This document shows, one piece after another, positions 61,803 to 64,000 of a stretch of DNA of 64,000 nt. The position numbers were made by a program, and so were the translations under genes. The DNA is from Octopus vulgaris (taxonomy: Eukaryota), in the NCBI GenBank assembly GCA_951406725.2, contig OX597829.1, forward strand, positions 31,992,001 to 32,056,000. Direction: 5' to 3'. How positions within the stretch are numbered: position 1 is the stretch's first letter; every line of letters begins with the position of its first letter. The notes under the pieces were generated by a model. It saw only the letters and a program-made list of their open reading frames with translations. It searched no databases and had not been told where the DNA came from.

Positions 61803-62830
61803 CATATATATATATATATATATATTATATTGCATATTGCATATTGCATATACAGATATGTTGTTTACATATATCTATACATATATGGCTAAAACGCATT
61901 CCTTAGTATAGCACCATATAGCATTGAAACTAAAACATTGTTAAATCAACTCAGTGATTAATTAATTTAGTCTCAGTTAATTAAGGTTAAAACATTCAGC
62001 TCATTAAATGTATTAGTGCTTACTTCACTAAATATTACATATGTTGATGTAGAATGAGGAAAAAAAAATCTGACATATTAAATGTGTCAAGGATTCCATT
62101 TGGACATCAACATGACAATTAGAAAGTTATGTCGGTGAATATTTAATTACTGTTCAGAAGATTAAATAACTAAAATACTATTGTTATTGTTGCTAGTATT
62201 ATCATTGTTGCTGTCATTGTTGTTGTTGCTGCTGTTATTAGGCATGAAATAAATGTTCTGTTTATTAATTATACTCTAATGATACCTAATTATCAGGAGG
62301 ATGGCATGTGTGGCAGATTCATTGTAAAGTTAGAAATACTTTGCCATATTTCTTCCGGGTTTTTTTTTACATTTGAAGTGCAAATCCAGCCTTTCATCCT
62401 TCAGAGTCAATTTAATAAAGTACCAGTCAAGTACTGGGGTCAATAGTATCATCAACCCCATCTCCTCAAAACTGCAGATTTGGTGTTTAAATTAGAAACA
62501 ATTGTTATTATCATCATCACCATTATTATTCTTATCATTATTTGATGAAAACTCATTTTGCTGGGTATGATGGAAAGTATCAGCAGTCCACAGCCAGCAG
62601 ACTAAGGTGACATTTGTTTACTGATTATGCTTAAAGAACCCTTTAGAGAACTCTTGCAGTTCCAAGCAATGTTGATTTTTGTAGGTGTTCTACCTTTAAA
62701 TTCGTACCTATCTTTTTGAGCCATGTTGGTAGTTGAGTGCTGATACTTCCAAGCACAGCAATTACTATTGGTATCATGTCTACTCCCCTCATTGACCACA
62801 ACCTTCATATTTCCCATATTATCATTATTT

Positions 62831-63058
62831 AAGGCAGCAAGCTGGCAGAATCATTAGCATGCCAGGCAAAATGCTTGGTGGCATTTCGTCCATCTTTACA
62901 TTTTGAGTTCAAATTCCATCAAGGTCAATTTTGCCTTTCATTTTTTTGGAGTCAAATGAAATGAGTACCAGTTGAGTATTTATCATCATCGAAATTGACT
63001 TACTCCCTTCACCTGAAACTACTGGCCTTGTGCCAAAATTTGAGACTACTATTATTAT

Positions 63059-63108
<50 letters not shown>

Positions 63109-63345
63109 TTATTATTATTATTATTATTATTAAGGCAGTGAGCTGGCAGAATCGTTAGCATGCTAGGCAAAATGCTTAGTGGTATTTCGCTTGTCTTTGC
63201 ATTCTGTGTTCAAATTCTGCTGTGGTTGACTTTACCTTTTATCCTTTTAGGGTCAATAAAGTAAGTACAATTGAGTGATGTGATCATTGTAATTGACTTA
63301 TCCCTTTCTCTAAAATTGCTGGCCTTGTGCCAAAATTTGAAATCA
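62831..63345 (+). mobile_element. Two tandem SINE copies separated by (ACT)n/(ATT)n
   Basis: aaggcag..gctggcagaatc..ttagcatgc..caaaatgctt at 62831 and 63132, both ending ggccttgtgccaaaatttga. Confidence 0.8.
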
Positions 63346-63759
63346 TTATTACTATTAAGTTATTACATGCTACTTCATGTAGCAGGGATGTTGTCTGAAG
63401 TTTGGTGACAGTAAATCTCTTGAAATCTGAAGGATATAGAATTTTGCAAGGCAACATTGTAAGTCTTAATTCCAATATTTTTCAGTCTTTTAAGTAGCAG
63501 TTTGGGTTTTGTGCAAAGTGTACAATTACTATAGGAATAATTGTTTTATTAGTCTTCCACAATTTCTTCATTTCCCTGGCTAGGTTCTGATATTTCTGTT
63601 ATAACGTGGTATTGCAAAGTCTAGGATCTTAGATTTTTTTTTCTTGCTTCAACAAAGATATCTGGTCTTTTTGTTTCAGTATTATGGCCAGTCTTTATGG
63701 AGAAATGCCATGAAATCTGGCTATTAAAATAACTCACCCACACCAATGCTTTTTACATG

Positions 63760-64000
63760 AAACCAAGGTACCACATAAAACGTATGGGTGTGAATGCCAC
63801 ATAAAACCAAGGTACCACATAAAAAGTATGGGTGTGTTGGTACCTCATGAAAAGCACTGGTACTGGTGCCACATAAAAGTCACTCAGTACACTCTGTAAA
63901 GTGATTGGCATCAGGAAGGGCATCCAGCTGTAGAAACAAAACCAAAACAGACTATAAAACTTGGTGTGGGCCTTGTCAAACCATCTAACCCATGCCAGCA
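63760..64000 (+). mobile_element. RTE-tail SINE-like element (runs off window)
   Basis: aggaagggcatccagctgtagaaac...aacccatgccagca. Confidence 0.75.

Overview
AT-rich, repeat-dense animal genomic DNA. The SINE/LINE families and kb-scale (AT)n/(ACAT)n tracts point to an octopod cephalopod (inference). Nearly all ORF-track entries are microsatellite or transposon artefacts. Two host genes converge tail-to-tail, and the track gives neither in full. (1) The last coding exon of ribose-phosphate pyrophosphokinase (PRPS, +, 1764-1856). (2) A minus-strand gene with three exons joined at phase-1 junctions (30651-30511, 21656-21522, 11441-11377), encoding a small, basic, Cys-rich and probably secreted protein: a CRIM1-like 4-Cys motif, one EGF domain and a CP..C tail. 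Its first exon was not found. The remainder is decayed mobile DNA: hAT/Buster, mariner, a DD36E Tc1-like element, Helitron-like elements, Penelope, RTE, CR1/L2 and CRE-like LINEs, a solo LTR, fold-back elements with 8-bp TSDs and SINEs. Also present: at least seven Penelope-type minimal hammerhead motifs (one with a compensatory A3:U8 core), an 87-bp hairpin-bearing minisatellite, a 7.35-kb palindrome abutting an N gap, and a garbled inverted copy that looks like a long-read artefact. All calls were made by eye; no searches were run.
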